The notes under the pieces: model-generated | The model's database searches: none | Told to the model about the DNA's origin: nothing | What the model saw: only the letters and a program-made list of their open reading frames with translations | Assembly: GCA_005222965.1 (NCBI GenBank) | Contig: NJBG01000001.1 | Location: 799,533-863,532 of the forward strand | Direction of reading: 5' to 3' | Length of the DNA: 64,000 bases | Source of the DNA: Candidatus Woesearchaeota archaeon B3_Woes | GTDB taxonomy: Archaea; Nanobdellota; Nanobdellia; Woesearchaeales; B3-WOES | Shown: positions 19,385-30,015 of the stretch, piece after piece | Layout of the letters: each line of letters begins with the position of its first letter | Position numbering within the stretch: the stretch's first letter is position 1 | Position numbers and translations under genes: made by a program

Positions 19385-21031
19385 TCACATCATTCCAGGC
19401 ATACCTGGAGGCATACCAGGTGGCATTCCCCCACCCATTTCTGGCCCAACCTTTCCACCTTCAATAACATCATCTATTCTTAAAATCATTACAGCAACTT
19501 CTGAAGCAGAAGCAATAGCTTGAGTTTTGATCTTTAAAGGCTCTATAACTCCTTCTTTCCAGGCATCCATCGTTTTTCCTGTAAATACATCAATACCTGC
19601 CCATTTGTTCTTTTTATCATGAGCAGCTTTTAACTCTGTTAATGAATCTATTGAATCAATTCCAGCATTCTCCGCTAAAGTTCTTGGAATTACTTCCATT
19701 GATTTTGCAAAAGCCTCTACAGCTAGTTGTTCTCTTCCTGATAAGGAGTTTGCATACTTCATTAACCCTTTTGATAATTCTAATTCAGGAGAACCAGCTC
19801 CAGCTACAACCTTTCCATTTTTTAAAGCAGCAGCAACATCACCTACAGCATCAGTAACAGCTCTTTTTACTTCATCAACAACATGCTCTGTTCCGCCTCT
19901 TATTAATAATGTAACAGATTTAGGATTTTTACATTCCTTAATATAAGTCATATTCTCATCTCCAACTTTTACATCTTCAACAAAGCCAGCCTTTCCTAAA
20001 TCATTTCCATTTAAATCTTCTAAATTAGTAACAATCTTTCCACCTGTTGCTTTTGACAAAGCCACCATATCAGATTGTTTGGATCTTCTAACAGCATAAA
20101 TTCCATGTTTTGCTAAGAAATGCTGTGCCAAATCATCAATCCCTTTTTGACAGATTAAAACATTTGCACCAGAATCAACAATCTTTTTTACTTTTTGTTT
20201 TAACATACCTTCTTCTTGATCTAAAAAAGCCTGCATTTGTGATGGATCAGTAATTTGTATTTTAGCATCCATCTCTGTTGATTTTATCTCAATTGCAGAA
20301 TCAACCAAAGCTATTTTTGCATTCTCTATTTTTTGAGGCATTCCTGAATGAACCCTTTCTTTATCCAATACAATCCCTTTTATTAATTCAGAATCTTCTA
20401 CACTTGATCCTACTTTTTTCTCTATCTTTATATTATCTTTATCTATAAGGATTTTATCACCATCTTGTTCTGAAATGGTTATAATTGATTTAACAGTTAT
20501 GTCTGCTAATTTTTCTTTTGCATTTTCAGCACCTTTACCAGTCATTGCAGTCATTGCAATTTTATTTAGTGTTTGAACATCTTTTATAGAAACATTTTCT
20601 GCCATCTCATTTAAGATTTTTTGAGATTTAGACTCAGCCAATCTATATCCTCTTGCTACAACAGTTGGATGAACATCTTGTTCAATTAATCCTTCTGCAT
20701 TTTTTAATAGTTCACCTGCAATAACAACAGCGGTTGTTGTGCCATCTCCAACTTCTTCTTCTTGAGTTTTAGCTATTTCCACAATCATCTTAGCAGCAGG
20801 ATGCTCTATCTGCATTTCTTCGAGAATTGTAACTCCATCATTTGTAACAGTTATATCACCCATTCCAGTAATCATCTTGTCCATTCCTTTAGGACCTAAT
20901 GTAGTTCTAACAGTTTCTGCTACTAATTTAGCAGCCATGATATTCATTCTTTGAGCTTGTCTACCTTGGCTTCTCTGAGTGCCTTCTGGCATTATGAATA
21001 CAGGTTGTATATTGCTATTATTATCTGCCAT
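19385..21031 (-). CDS. ths: Thermosome subunit (group II chaperonin)
   Basis: [24 protein letters not shown] and GMPPG tail. Confidence 0.98.
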   Translation of the reverse strand: MADNNSNIQPVFIMPEGTQRSQGRQAQRMNIMAAKLVAETVRTTLGPKGMDKMITGMGDITVTNDGVTILEEMQIEHPAAKMIVEIAKTQEEEVGDGTTTAVVIAGELLKNAEGLIEQDVHPTVVARGYRLAESKSQKILNEMAENVSIKDVQTLNKIAMTAMTGKGAENAKEKLADITVKSIITISEQDGDKILIDKDNIKIEKKVGSSVEDSELIKGIVLDKERVHSGMPQKIENAKIALVDSAIEIKSTEMDAKIQITDPSQMQAFLDQEEGMLKQKVKKIVDSGANVLICQKGIDDLAQHFLAKHGIYAVRRSKQSDMVALSKATGGKIVTNLEDLNGNDLGKAGFVEDVKVGDENMTYIKECKNPKSVTLLIRGGTEHVVDEVKRAVTDAVGDVAAALKNGKVVAGAGSPELELSKGLMKYANSLSGREQLAVEAFAKSMEVIPRTLAENAGIDSIDSLTELKAAHDKKNKWAGIDVFTGKTMDAWKEGVIEPLKIKTQAIASASEVAVMILRIDDVIEGGKVGPEMGGGMPPGMPPGMPGMM

Positions 21032-21138
21032 TTTTTATAATACCCCCTAAAATTAACAAGTACAAGGAATAAATAATCATTTATAAATTATATGTTTTTT
21101 AGAAACATAAATAAATGAGTTAATTCTTAACTATTAAT

Positions 21139-21672
21139 ATGATAATAACAATATCAGGAAAACCAGGCTCTGGAAAATCAACAGTATCTAAGATAATTTC
21201 TAAAAAACTAAACCTTAAACACTACTCTATGGGCGATTTCCAAAGGCAGATTGCAAAAGAAAAAGGCCTTTCAATAAACGAATTAGGAAAACTAGAAGAA
21301 CAAAGTGATGAAATCGATAAACTAGTAGAGCAAAAACAAATAGATTTAGGTAAAAAAGAAGATAATTTCATAATTGATTCACGACTAGGTTTCTACTGTA
21401 TTCCAAACTCAATAAAAATATTTCTTGATGTTAGTTTAGAAGAATCTGCAAAGAGAATTTTCAAAGACAAAAGAGCAGAAGAAAACTTTAAAGATGAAGA
21501 ATCATTAAAAAAACATCTAATAGATAGAGCAGAATCAGAAAAAAAGAGATATAAAGAATACTATGACATTGATTTTAATGATTTAGACAATTATAATTTG
21601 GTTGTAGATACAACAAATATAGACATAGGTGGCGTTGTTAATAAAATACTAAACTTTATAAATAACCAATAA
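21139..21672 (+). CDS. cmk: Cytidylate kinase (archaeal type)
   Basis: ISGKPGSGKST, IDSRLG, RYKEYYDID and DTTN motifs. Confidence 0.9.
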   Translation: MIITISGKPGSGKSTVSKIISKKLNLKHYSMGDFQRQIAKEKGLSINELGKLEEQSDEIDKLVEQKQIDLGKKEDNFIIDSRLGFYCIPNSIKIFLDVSLEESAKRIFKDKRAEENFKDEESLKKHLIDRAESEKKRYKEYYDIDFNDLDNYNLVVDTTNIDIGGVVNKILNFINNQ

Positions 21673-21725
21673 TTCTTTTAATCTGTAATTTCTTCTCATT
21701 TTTAACATGAGATAAAAGGGGAAAA

Positions 21726-22379
21726 ATGACTAAAATAAAAAAACAAGACTTTGTAGAAATCGAATACACAGGAAAACTAAAAGATGAAGGATATGTGTTT
21801 GATACAACTGATGAAAAAATAGCAAAAGAAAACGGATTATTTAATGAAAAACACACATATGGTCCTGTAAAAATAATGGTTGGAAACGCTCAAGTATTGC
21901 CGGGTCTAGATAAGTTTATAGAAGGTAAAGAGCCAGGAACATTCAAAGTTGAACTAAAACCAGAACAAGGTTTTGGGAAAAAAAATGCTAAATTACTAAA
22001 ACTTTTACCTAAATCAATTTTCACAAAACAGGAAATCAATCCAATGCCGGGATTACCAGTTTCAATTGATGATATGGAAGGTATGATCAAAACAGTTTCA
22101 GGCGGAAGATGTATTGTTGATTTTAATCATCCTCTATCAGGCAAAGAACTTCAGTATGATCTGAAAATAAACAGAATAGTAACAGATGAAAAAGAAAAAG
22201 TTGAAGCAATGATTGAATTACAGCTTGATAAAAAAGATTTTGAAGTAAAATTAGAAGGTGAAAATGTCACTATAACTCTGAATACAGAAGTGAAAAAACC
22301 ACTGAAAGATTTGCTTGCTGACATGATTAAGAAATTCACTAAACTAAAACAAGTTGAATTCAAAGATAATAAAAAGTAA
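21726..22379 (+). CDS. Long-type archaeal FKBP peptidyl-prolyl isomerase
   Basis: EYTGK....VFDTT and DFNHPLSGK motifs plus C-terminal extension. Confidence 0.9.
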   Translation: MTKIKKQDFVEIEYTGKLKDEGYVFDTTDEKIAKENGLFNEKHTYGPVKIMVGNAQVLPGLDKFIEGKEPGTFKVELKPEQGFGKKNAKLLKLLPKSIFTKQEINPMPGLPVSIDDMEGMIKTVSGGRCIVDFNHPLSGKELQYDLKINRIVTDEKEKVEAMIELQLDKKDFEVKLEGENVTITLNTEVKKPLKDLLADMIKKFTKLKQVEFKDNKK

Positions 22380-22435
22380 CAAAGTTTAAATATAAGTAGG
22401 GTTATGTAAAACCATAAGCTTAAAAAGGTGAGCAC

Positions 22436-23596
22436 GTGGAAGTGGAAAATCAGGAAGAACCCCAACATATTGATTCTAATGAAGATCAATCTCAACACGA
22501 TAAACTTAGTCAGACATCTGAATCATTAGTTGAAAAAAAACCAGTTGACAATATAGCAGATGCTCAACTAGCTGAAATTCTATCTCAACAAAACGCAAGT
22601 ATTCGTGTAGTTGGAAGTGGAGGCGGTGGAAACAATACTATTAACAGAATAAGTGAAGTAGGAATTGTTGGTGCTGAAACAATTGCAGTTAACACAGATG
22701 CTCAGGATTTACTATATACAAAATCTGATAAAAAAATATTAATCGGAAACGAAGTAACAAAAGGCCTTGGAGCAGGTTCAAATCCTCGTTTAGGGGAAGA
22801 AGCTGCCAGAGAATCAGAACACGAAATTAAAAAAGCTCTTCATGGAGCTGACATGGTCTTTATAACCTGTGGATTAGGAGGGGGAACAGGAACAGGTTCT
22901 GTACCTGTTATTGCAGAGGTTGGAAAAAAAATAGGTTGTCTAACAGTTGGAATAGTCACACTACCTTTTGCAATGGAAGGAAAAAGAAGATATGAAAACG
23001 CTACTCTAGGTTTGGAAAAACTTGAAGCAATGGTTGATACCTTGATTGTAATCCCTAATGATAAATTACTGGAATTAGCACCAGATTTACCATTACATAC
23101 TGCTTTTAAAGTTGCAGATGAAATATTGACTAACGCTGTAAAAGGAATTTCTGAATTAGTTACTAAAGCGGGTTTAGTTAATTTAGATTTTGCAGATGTA
23201 AGAACAGTTATGTCAGATGGTGGAGTTGCTTTAATCGGAGTAGGTGAATCAGATACAGACAACAGAGCAGTAGAAGCTGTTGAAAAAGCAATTAATAATC
23301 CTTTATTAGATGTTGATATCACAGGAGCTACAGGCGCATTAATAAATGTAAGCGGTGGCAAAGACATGACTCTTGAAGAAGCTCGAAGAGTTGTTGAAAC
23401 AATCTCAGATAAGATGGGAGAAGACGCAACTGTTATTTGGGGAGCACAAATATATGATGATTTGGAAAAAACAATCAGAGCAATGTTAATAGTTACAGGA
23501 GTACAATCATCTCAAATCTTCGGGCCTGGCAGAACAATAGGGTCAAAGAAAAGAAAAGAGATTGAAAACGAACTTGGCATAGATTTTTTAGAATAA
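22436..23596 (+). CDS. ftsZ: Cell division protein FtsZ
   Basis: [15 protein letters not shown] and NLDFADV motifs. Confidence 0.98.
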   Translation: MEVENQEEPQHIDSNEDQSQHDKLSQTSESLVEKKPVDNIADAQLAEILSQQNASIRVVGSGGGGNNTINRISEVGIVGAETIAVNTDAQDLLYTKSDKKILIGNEVTKGLGAGSNPRLGEEAARESEHEIKKALHGADMVFITCGLGGGTGTGSVPVIAEVGKKIGCLTVGIVTLPFAMEGKRRYENATLGLEKLEAMVDTLIVIPNDKLLELAPDLPLHTAFKVADEILTNAVKGISELVTKAGLVNLDFADVRTVMSDGGVALIGVGESDTDNRAVEAVEKAINNPLLDVDITGATGALINVSGGKDMTLEEARRVVETISDKMGEDATVIWGAQIYDDLEKTIRAMLIVTGVQSSQIFGPGRTIGSKKRKEIENELGIDFLE

Positions 23597-23674
23597 ACGA
23601 AACTTTTATAAATATGGTATTATCTTTAACAATTACTGCTTCTTAAAAATTAAAAAGAAGTAGTGAGAACTAAA

Positions 23675-23875
23675 ATGGAAGAAGGACAACAAAAACCAAC
23701 ATTAATATTCAAACTAAAAAGATTCTTTGTTGAATGCAAAAGAGTATTAAGAGTTACAAGAAAACCAGACTCAGTTGAATTTAAAACAATTGTAAAAGTA
23801 TCTGGTTTAGGAATGGCTATTGTTGGATTAATAGGATTTGTAATACAAATAATAAAACAAATGTTTTTTGGTTAA
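23675..23875 (+). CDS. secE: Protein translocase SecE (Sec61 gamma)
   Basis: RVLRVTRKPD..EF plus TM; ftsZ-secE-spt5 synteny. Confidence 0.92.
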   Translation: MEEGQQKPTLIFKLKRFFVECKRVLRVTRKPDSVEFKTIVKVSGLGMAIVGLIGFVIQIIKQMFFG

Positions 23876-23876
23876 A

Positions 23877-24347
23877 ATGGCAGAAGAAAAAACAGAAAAA
23901 ATATTCGCTCTAAGAACAACTGCAAACAGAGAAGATCAAGTTATGGATTTTCTTATGAGTAATGTAGAAAAGAAAAAGCTTAATGTTTATACTATTGTAA
24001 GATCTCATGGGATGCGTGGTTATATTTTCTTAGGTGCTTCATCAAAAGCAGAAGCAGAACAAGCAGCATTTAATATTCCTTATGCTCGTGGTATTTTACC
24101 TAAAGAAGTTAACTTCGAAGAAATAGAACATATGCTCGAAAGGAAGAAAAAAGAAATTAACATGAAAAAAAATGATATTTGTGAAATAATATCCGGTCCT
24201 TTCAAAAGAGAAAAAGCAAAAATAACAAGGATAGATCCACAAAAAGAAGAAGTAGTTGTTGAATTATTAGAAGCAGCTGTTCCAATTCCAATCACAACAA
24301 AAATAGATTCAGTAAAAGTTATAAGAAGGGAAGAAGAAGAGGATTAA
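23877..24347 (+). CDS. spt5: Transcription elongation factor Spt5 (NusG)
   Basis: NGN domain plus KOW (IISGPFK), VELLEAAVPIP. Confidence 0.95.
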   Translation: MAEEKTEKIFALRTTANREDQVMDFLMSNVEKKKLNVYTIVRSHGMRGYIFLGASSKAEAEQAAFNIPYARGILPKEVNFEEIEHMLERKKKEINMKKNDICEIISGPFKREKAKITRIDPQKEEVVVELLEAAVPIPITTKIDSVKVIRREEEED

Positions 24348-24351
24348 ATTT

Positions 24352-24681
24352 ATGGTACCTTTAATAATAATGTTTGTTGTTATGCTACTTTTTACCATAT
24401 ATCTTATTTTTATTTTAATTCCTGATTTTGTAGCTTTAATTGTAAACATTCCAATTCTATGGGTTGTTTTAGTAAGAGCCTATTTTGAAATAAGTAAGCA
24501 AAAAAAGATATATAACTATTTAGCAGCACTTGTTATAACTACAATAATATTTATCTTTTTATTCGACAAAATACAAACGCCATTTATGTTCTGGCAGGTT
24601 TGGTTTTTAACAGTCCTCTTTATAATTGCAGAGGTTATTAATTTATTATTAATATGCAAAAAAAGACTGGAAACAGCTTGA
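24352..24681 (+). CDS. Hypothetical membrane protein
   Basis: 109 aa with ~4 hydrophobic segments. Confidence 0.65.
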   Translation: MVPLIIMFVVMLLFTIYLIFILIPDFVALIVNIPILWVVLVRAYFEISKQKKIYNYLAALVITTIIFIFLFDKIQTPFMFWQVWFLTVLFIIAEVINLLLICKKRLETA

Positions 24682-24921
24682 TTCTTCTATAAAATAATAC
24701 CTTAGTATACTTTTTACACTACCAATAAGCAAAAGATTTATAAAGAGAAATCATCAAAAATATACTAATTCCTGGGGGTGGTTTACAATTTACTTAAACA
24801 ATCAGTTAGAGAATTCTTTAAAGATAGATGTGTTAAGCTCACAAGGCAAATTCGAGATACACAAGCAAGTAGAGAGAAGAGATGGTCTAACTTTTATGCG
24901 AATTAAAAAAAGAAAAGTGTT

Positions 24922-25284
24922 ATGAAAACAACCAAAACGCAAAATTTCATGTTGTTTAGTTTAGGCAAACTCTATGAAATAGCTAACAAAAAGGTGAAAA
25001 ACAAACCTTTAGAAGTTTTTATTTCTAAAAAAAGCTTTATAGAAATTCTAATGAAATCAGGCATTGCAAAAAAGCAGGAAAGAGCCATCTACAAAAATTT
25101 AGAAGTTCTAGAAAAGAAAAAATTAATTCGTTACAAAACAAAAGAGCTTATGCTAACTTCTAAAGGCAAGAAATTATTTAGTACTCTGAAAAAAGAGTAC
25201 GACCCTTATGTTTTTCTTTGCGAAATACTAAAATCAAAAGGATTAACAAGCTATACAAAAAAAATACAGACAGTTCTTAAGTAA
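24922..25284 (+). CDS. Putative winged-helix DNA-binding protein
   Basis: RAIYKNLEVLEKKKLI....LMLTSKGK wHTH pattern. Confidence 0.65.
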   Translation: MKTTKTQNFMLFSLGKLYEIANKKVKNKPLEVFISKKSFIEILMKSGIAKKQERAIYKNLEVLEKKKLIRYKTKELMLTSKGKKLFSTLKKEYDPYVFLCEILKSKGLTSYTKKIQTVLK

Positions 25285-25324
25285 TCAAAAGATATAAATA
25301 TACAAATATTCTTTTAACCATATT

Positions 25325-26029
25325 ATGGAAGAAAAAGAGGACATATTTAGAGATGGATTAAAAGGAGGCCATCATCCACCACCACCTGCTAAGGAAATCC
25401 ACGCAGATAAAATAATAAAAAAGTACTACAAACCTTTCTTAGTTCTAATTATTATATTTGGTCTTTTCTTTGGAGGCTATTACACAAGAGAGGTTCCTGT
25501 TTGTGAAATATGTGAAGAACCATCTCCTTGTCCAGAATTAGACTATTCTAAATGTCCAAAAGAGATTGAAAAAATAACTACAATAAGATACGCCTGTTCA
25601 AACGGTCTAATTGTAGACAATTTAGATGAATGTAATCCTCTTAATTATGTAACAATCACATCTCCTTACAAAGAAACAAGCAATACTGTTACACTTTCTA
25701 TTGATAAAGTAGAATATGAAACAGTAGGGAGCTATAACAAAATAACAGAGATAGATTATACCATTCTGAATATGGGAGAACACGAAATAAAACCAATCAT
25801 ACTAGTAAATATATATTCAATAACAGACGAAAGATCAGAACAGGGATATGTGCATGAGGTTTTTGATGATGAAGAATACATTGATTCAAACGCATGGGCA
25901 ATAAAAAAGAAAAAAACAAACATAGGTTTTAAAAGTACAGATATTGTAGTTAGATTAGTATTAAAGGATACATTACCTGATCCAGATAAAGAATTAGTTC
26001 GTGTTAGTAGACCTTTAAATGTAATATGA
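25325..26029 (+). CDS. Membrane-anchored protein with Cys-rich linker and beta-rich domain
   Basis: Single TM; CEIC..PCPELDYSKC; C-terminal beta strands. Confidence 0.65.
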   Translation: MEEKEDIFRDGLKGGHHPPPPAKEIHADKIIKKYYKPFLVLIIIFGLFFGGYYTREVPVCEICEEPSPCPELDYSKCPKEIEKITTIRYACSNGLIVDNLDECNPLNYVTITSPYKETSNTVTLSIDKVEYETVGSYNKITEIDYTILNMGEHEIKPIILVNIYSITDERSEQGYVHEVFDDEEYIDSNAWAIKKKKTNIGFKSTDIVVRLVLKDTLPDPDKELVRVSRPLNVI

Positions 26030-26613
26030 AAAAATTAAATTTTTTCCAAAAAATTGAACTAATTATATCAAATCCTCATAAATTTTTTGATAAAATACAA
26101 GACAACAAAAACATTTTTGATGTTTTCAAATTCTATTTTACATTTATTTTTGTAAGTATTGTTATTAATACTTTATTTCGCTTGCCAGAACTAACAAAAA
26201 GCAATCTTAATATTACAATATCAAAATATTTCCTTTTTATTCTTATTTTAGTCGCTTTTATTTTGATTCTTTCACTCTTAACAGCTGTTTTTTCTTTTGT
26301 ATTGTATTGGTTTTGTCATATCCTTATTAAAATCTTTAAAGGCAAGGAAAAATATTCAGAAACCTACAAGTTGTTGTATGCAGCAACGCCTTTATTAATA
26401 GTTTCACTAATACCATATCATGGTGTGTTTAAGGTTTTGTTTTATCCTTTGTTTATTATAGCTGTTTTAGACACTTTCTATCTTGAATTTATTGGTCTGA
26501 AAAAACTACAAAAATTAAACAAGGAAAACGCAATTACAGTAATTGTAATAGGCACAATTATTGCAATATTATTAGTAATGTACTTTGTAAAGATTGGTTT
26601 AATAATACCCTAA
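26026..26613 (+). CDS. Yip1-domain membrane protein
   Basis: IISNPHKFF start, HILIKIFKGK..Y.ET...YAATP, ~5 TMs. Confidence 0.75.
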   Translation: MKKLNFFQKIELIISNPHKFFDKIQDNKNIFDVFKFYFTFIFVSIVINTLFRLPELTKSNLNITISKYFLFILILVAFILILSLLTAVFSFVLYWFCHILIKIFKGKEKYSETYKLLYAATPLLIVSLIPYHGVFKVLFYPLFIIAVLDTFYLEFIGLKKLQKLNKENAITVIVIGTIIAILLVMYFVKIGLIIP

Positions 26614-26757
26614 GAGGAAAAAATTAGCATTAAAAACAAAATAGGATGGATAATATTTATAATTGCATTATTCATTCTTATAATGATGTATAGAAACAAT
26701 ATGAACTTCGAATTGGTTGTTCAGAAAATTCTTGGCTTTTTTGGAAAATAAAAACAT

Positions 26758-28485
26758 TCAATCTTTTTTAATATATTCTCCTACAATTGGAAAAGGTTTT
26801 CCATGATCGTGAAGCCATTGAGTGTTAACTGATAAAATTATATTGTCATTATTCCCCTGAAGTGATTTAGTATTTACCCAATCTCCTAATATTCCTTTTG
26901 CTTTTTCACCAACAAATATAGGTACAGTTCTAAAATATTGATATGCTCTCTCGCTTGCTGAACCTTTAAAATCAAATGTTTCCCCAGCAATCATATAATG
27001 ATAACCATCTTCAACTTTTCTTCTTCTTAATGTTGTACTACCTAATAAATTCCAAACATCAGCAGAATTACCTAACTCCCCTGCATCATTTACCTTAGTC
27101 CCCCCTCTTATGTCATCCATATACTCCCATCCATCATCTGCATGATATTCTGGATTGGTGCTGGGAGTCCATTCTCTTCCTTTTGTTTGTATAATCAAAC
27201 CACCCCATTCCTCATCAGAAAGATCAACCTCCATTGGTTTTCCAGAACCATAAAGATAACGTGCCAATGCCTTAAGCCCCCTTCCATAATCACCAGTCAT
27301 TTTATTTAAAAGAGAAGTAGGAGTAGAAACAATAGAATAATATAATGGTGTAGATATTCCTCTTGGGTTTTCAGATTTTGAATCATCAAATGAATGAATT
27401 ATATTTGTTTCAAACCCAATAATACTTCCCTTTTCTAACTGCTTCCCTTCTTTAAAATAAAAAACACCATTATTAGACTCCTCTTTTTTTAAAACCAATT
27501 TTATTTCACTATCATCCTTTTGATATACTACAAACACATCATAATCACCATCATCAGTTTCTATTTCAATCTTGTCATTACCTATAGCATTCACATAAAA
27601 TTCATAAATAAGAGATTTACCCTTAAATCTAGAACTATATATTATTGTGCTTATTTCTTCAGAAGGAATATCATCATAATTAGTTCCAACCAACATATCA
27701 GAAGAAACTTTTATTTTAGTTCCTTTAGGATTTTCAAATTCTGTTGGATTTTCTTCAGATGCTATTAATAAAATACTATCACCATACACAACTTTAGCAA
27801 ACCCTTTTACAGATCCTTTTATTTCATTTATTGAATCATCATGTGTTTCTTCTATAATAACCCATTCACCTTGTGTATCAATTATTTGTGAAGATAAATC
27901 ATAATAAATCATTTCTCCTGATTTTGGTTTATAAACAAAATCATCAATCCCAAGATCTTTTTTACTAATCATTATGCCAGTTGTACTATCATAACTAACA
28001 TCCTCACCCTTAATAATCCCACCATCTATCTCATTCCAAATAAGATTAACATTATTTAATTGAACAACACCATCAACAACAATAACAGTCCCACCTTTTC
28101 TTAATTTAAAAATTCCATTTGTTCCAGTAATTTCTCCACCAGATTCAATCGTTATTGTCCCACTATACTCTTTAACATCTGCAGACCCCCCATCTAAATA
28201 AACAAGAATACCAGTATTAGAAGTTAATACAGCTTCACCACTATTAATAAAAGCAAAACCTAAGATTGGGTCAATGGAAATATCATCTGGAGTAACAATA
28301 GATCCAAAAAATTTTTCAATAAATTCATCAAAATCCATGCCATAGTTTTCCCTTACAAAATCTCCTTTTACTTGTATATCATCTGATTTTTTTGGTATTA
28401 ATACAATTTCAAGTGGAGCAACAACAAAAAAAGAAAACACAACTAAAAAAACAATACTAATAACTAAAACATTTACCTTATTCAT
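26758..28485 (-). CDS. Secreted modular protein: conserved beta-rich N-module plus C-terminal colicin M-like domain
   Basis: Signal peptide; N-module homologous to 44333-46249; C-terminal MTGD......ALARYLYGSG, LLGSTTLR, ETFDFK..R and GKPFPIVGE resemble colicin M motifs in order. Confidence 0.55.
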   Translation of the reverse strand: MNKVNVLVISIVFLVVFSFFVVAPLEIVLIPKKSDDIQVKGDFVRENYGMDFDEFIEKFFGSIVTPDDISIDPILGFAFINSGEAVLTSNTGILVYLDGGSADVKEYSGTITIESGGEITGTNGIFKLRKGGTVIVVDGVVQLNNVNLIWNEIDGGIIKGEDVSYDSTTGIMISKKDLGIDDFVYKPKSGEMIYYDLSSQIIDTQGEWVIIEETHDDSINEIKGSVKGFAKVVYGDSILLIASEENPTEFENPKGTKIKVSSDMLVGTNYDDIPSEEISTIIYSSRFKGKSLIYEFYVNAIGNDKIEIETDDGDYDVFVVYQKDDSEIKLVLKKEESNNGVFYFKEGKQLEKGSIIGFETNIIHSFDDSKSENPRGISTPLYYSIVSTPTSLLNKMTGDYGRGLKALARYLYGSGKPMEVDLSDEEWGGLIIQTKGREWTPSTNPEYHADDGWEYMDDIRGGTKVNDAGELGNSADVWNLLGSTTLRRRKVEDGYHYMIAGETFDFKGSASERAYQYFRTVPIFVGEKAKGILGDWVNTKSLQGNNDNIILSVNTQWLHDHGKPFPIVGEYIKKD

Positions 28486-28581
28486 TGTTTATCTTTAAAA
28501 TAAGCTTATGATTATATAAAATTATCTTAAAGAAGAAAATAAACAAACATTTTTAAACTAATTCTTATTATTTTTAGCTTA

Positions 28582-28926
28582 ATGAGTCAGAAAAAAGAAG
28601 AAAAAGCAAAACAAGAAGCATTTCAACAGGAAATAAGAAGAACAAAACTTCCTCGCGGTAATCAAAGTTTTGGAATTCTTGAACAGCGTTTAGGAGCATC
28701 TCGCTTAAGAGTTAAATGCCTTGATGGAAAAAGCAGGGTTTGCAGAATTCCTGGAAAACTAAAAAGAAGATTATGGGTAAGAGAAGGAGATATTGTAATT
28801 GTTGAACCCTGGGAATTTGGCGGCGATGAAAAAGGAAATGTTATTTTCAAATATTCTAAATCACAGGTTCAGTTCCTAAAAAACAAAGGTTATCTTAAGA
28901 AAATCGAAGAAGTTGATGAATTCTGA
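28582..28926 (+). CDS. eif1a: Translation initiation factor 1A
   Basis: VKCLDGKSRVCRIPGK..RLWVREGDIVIVEPW. Confidence 0.97.
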   Translation: MSQKKEEKAKQEAFQQEIRRTKLPRGNQSFGILEQRLGASRLRVKCLDGKSRVCRIPGKLKRRLWVREGDIVIVEPWEFGGDEKGNVIFKYSKSQVQFLKNKGYLKKIEEVDEF

Positions 28927-28980
28927 TTTTACCACTCTAGAATAGAAATCTTTATATATTAGGTTCTTTCTTTTGTTTAT

Positions 28981-29616
28981 ATGAATTGGGGGAGATATTT
29001 TGCATTACTTATTGTGTTATTTCTAAATCTGTTTACAATACTGGTGCTTGGTTTAAGAATTAATTTCTTAGGCGAGTTATTTGTATTCTTATTATTTTTA
29101 TTATTCTCTCTCATAATGTTAGTTTCAGTCTATAATAATAAACATAGTGAGCCTTTTATTTCATTATTCTTTTTAGTTTCTTTAATCAACTTATGGTATA
29201 TCAAAACATCTTTTGTATCTAATCCTCATGTTAATGTAGGTTTAAGAGGTTGGTTCTTGTTTGGTTTGACATTACTCTTAAACGCTATTGGCTTTTTGTT
29301 GTTTGCATCTTTGATTACAAAAAAACAACATGAAAGAGAAGAAGTAATTGAAAGGGTTGTTGAACCTTTTGAAGAACCAGAAGAAATTCCACCTGTAGAA
29401 GAGTATGGAGAACCTAAAAAAACAGTTTCTAAAAAAACATCTGTTAAGAAAACATTTAAGCCTGGAAAATTCATTGCAAGCAGCAATAGTACTTATTATC
29501 ATGCTGCTAAATGCGACTGGGCCAAAAAGATTTCTAAAACAAATAGGGTATGGTTTAAATCAAAAGAAGACGCTCGTAAAAAAGGCTTTAAACAACACTC
29601 TTGTTTAAAGAAATAA
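28981..29616 (+). CDS. Membrane protein with C-terminal Ada-like metal-binding domain
   Basis: 4 TMs, then YYHAAKCDWAKKI...NRVWF.S...A...GFK.HSC. Confidence 0.7.
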   Translation: MNWGRYFALLIVLFLNLFTILVLGLRINFLGELFVFLLFLLFSLIMLVSVYNNKHSEPFISLFFLVSLINLWYIKTSFVSNPHVNVGLRGWFLFGLTLLLNAIGFLLFASLITKKQHEREEVIERVVEPFEEPEEIPPVEEYGEPKKTVSKKTSVKKTFKPGKFIASSNSTYYHAAKCDWAKKISKTNRVWFKSKEDARKKGFKQHSCLKK

Positions 29617-30015
29617 TTATTCTTTTATAAAATAAATTATTAATAAGATAATTCCAACACTTAAAGCAGAATCTGCAATATTAAAAGAAGGCCAAATTCT
29701 TAAATTAATAAAATCAATAACACCTTGGTATAAAATCCTGTCAATTAGATTTCCAATAGCTCCACCAACAACTAAACCAGAGCCTAGCTTTAATTTCCAA
29801 TCACCTTTTTGAATTTTATCATAATTAAATAAGAATAATCCTATAATTACAATTGATAACCAGGCTAATATTGAACTAGCTCCTTTGAATAAGCCAAACA
29901 AAGACCCAGAATTTGTTATATAACTAATATTTAGAACCTTTACTAAATATTTTGTTAATTGATCAACTACAACTATAATAAAAGCACTTAAAAGAAATAT
30001 ATTTTTCTTTACCAT
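29617..30015 (-). CDS. lspA: Lipoprotein signal peptidase (signal peptidase II)
   Basis: DQLTK, NSGSLFG, GAIGNLIDR, VIDFI and WPSFNIAD motifs, with both catalytic Asp residues. Confidence 0.92.
   Translation of the reverse strand: MVKKNIFLLSAFIIVVVDQLTKYLVKVLNISYITNSGSLFGLFKGASSILAWLSIVIIGLFLFNYDKIQKGDWKLKLGSGLVVGGAIGNLIDRILYQGVIDFINLRIWPSFNIADSALSVGIILLIIYFIKE

Noticed and set aside
22840..23367. 175-aa antisense ORF (and similar shadow ORFs in pgk, srp54, ths, gltX, MFS and others)
   Set aside because: Antisense or alternate-frame shadows of well-supported genes, with no motifs.
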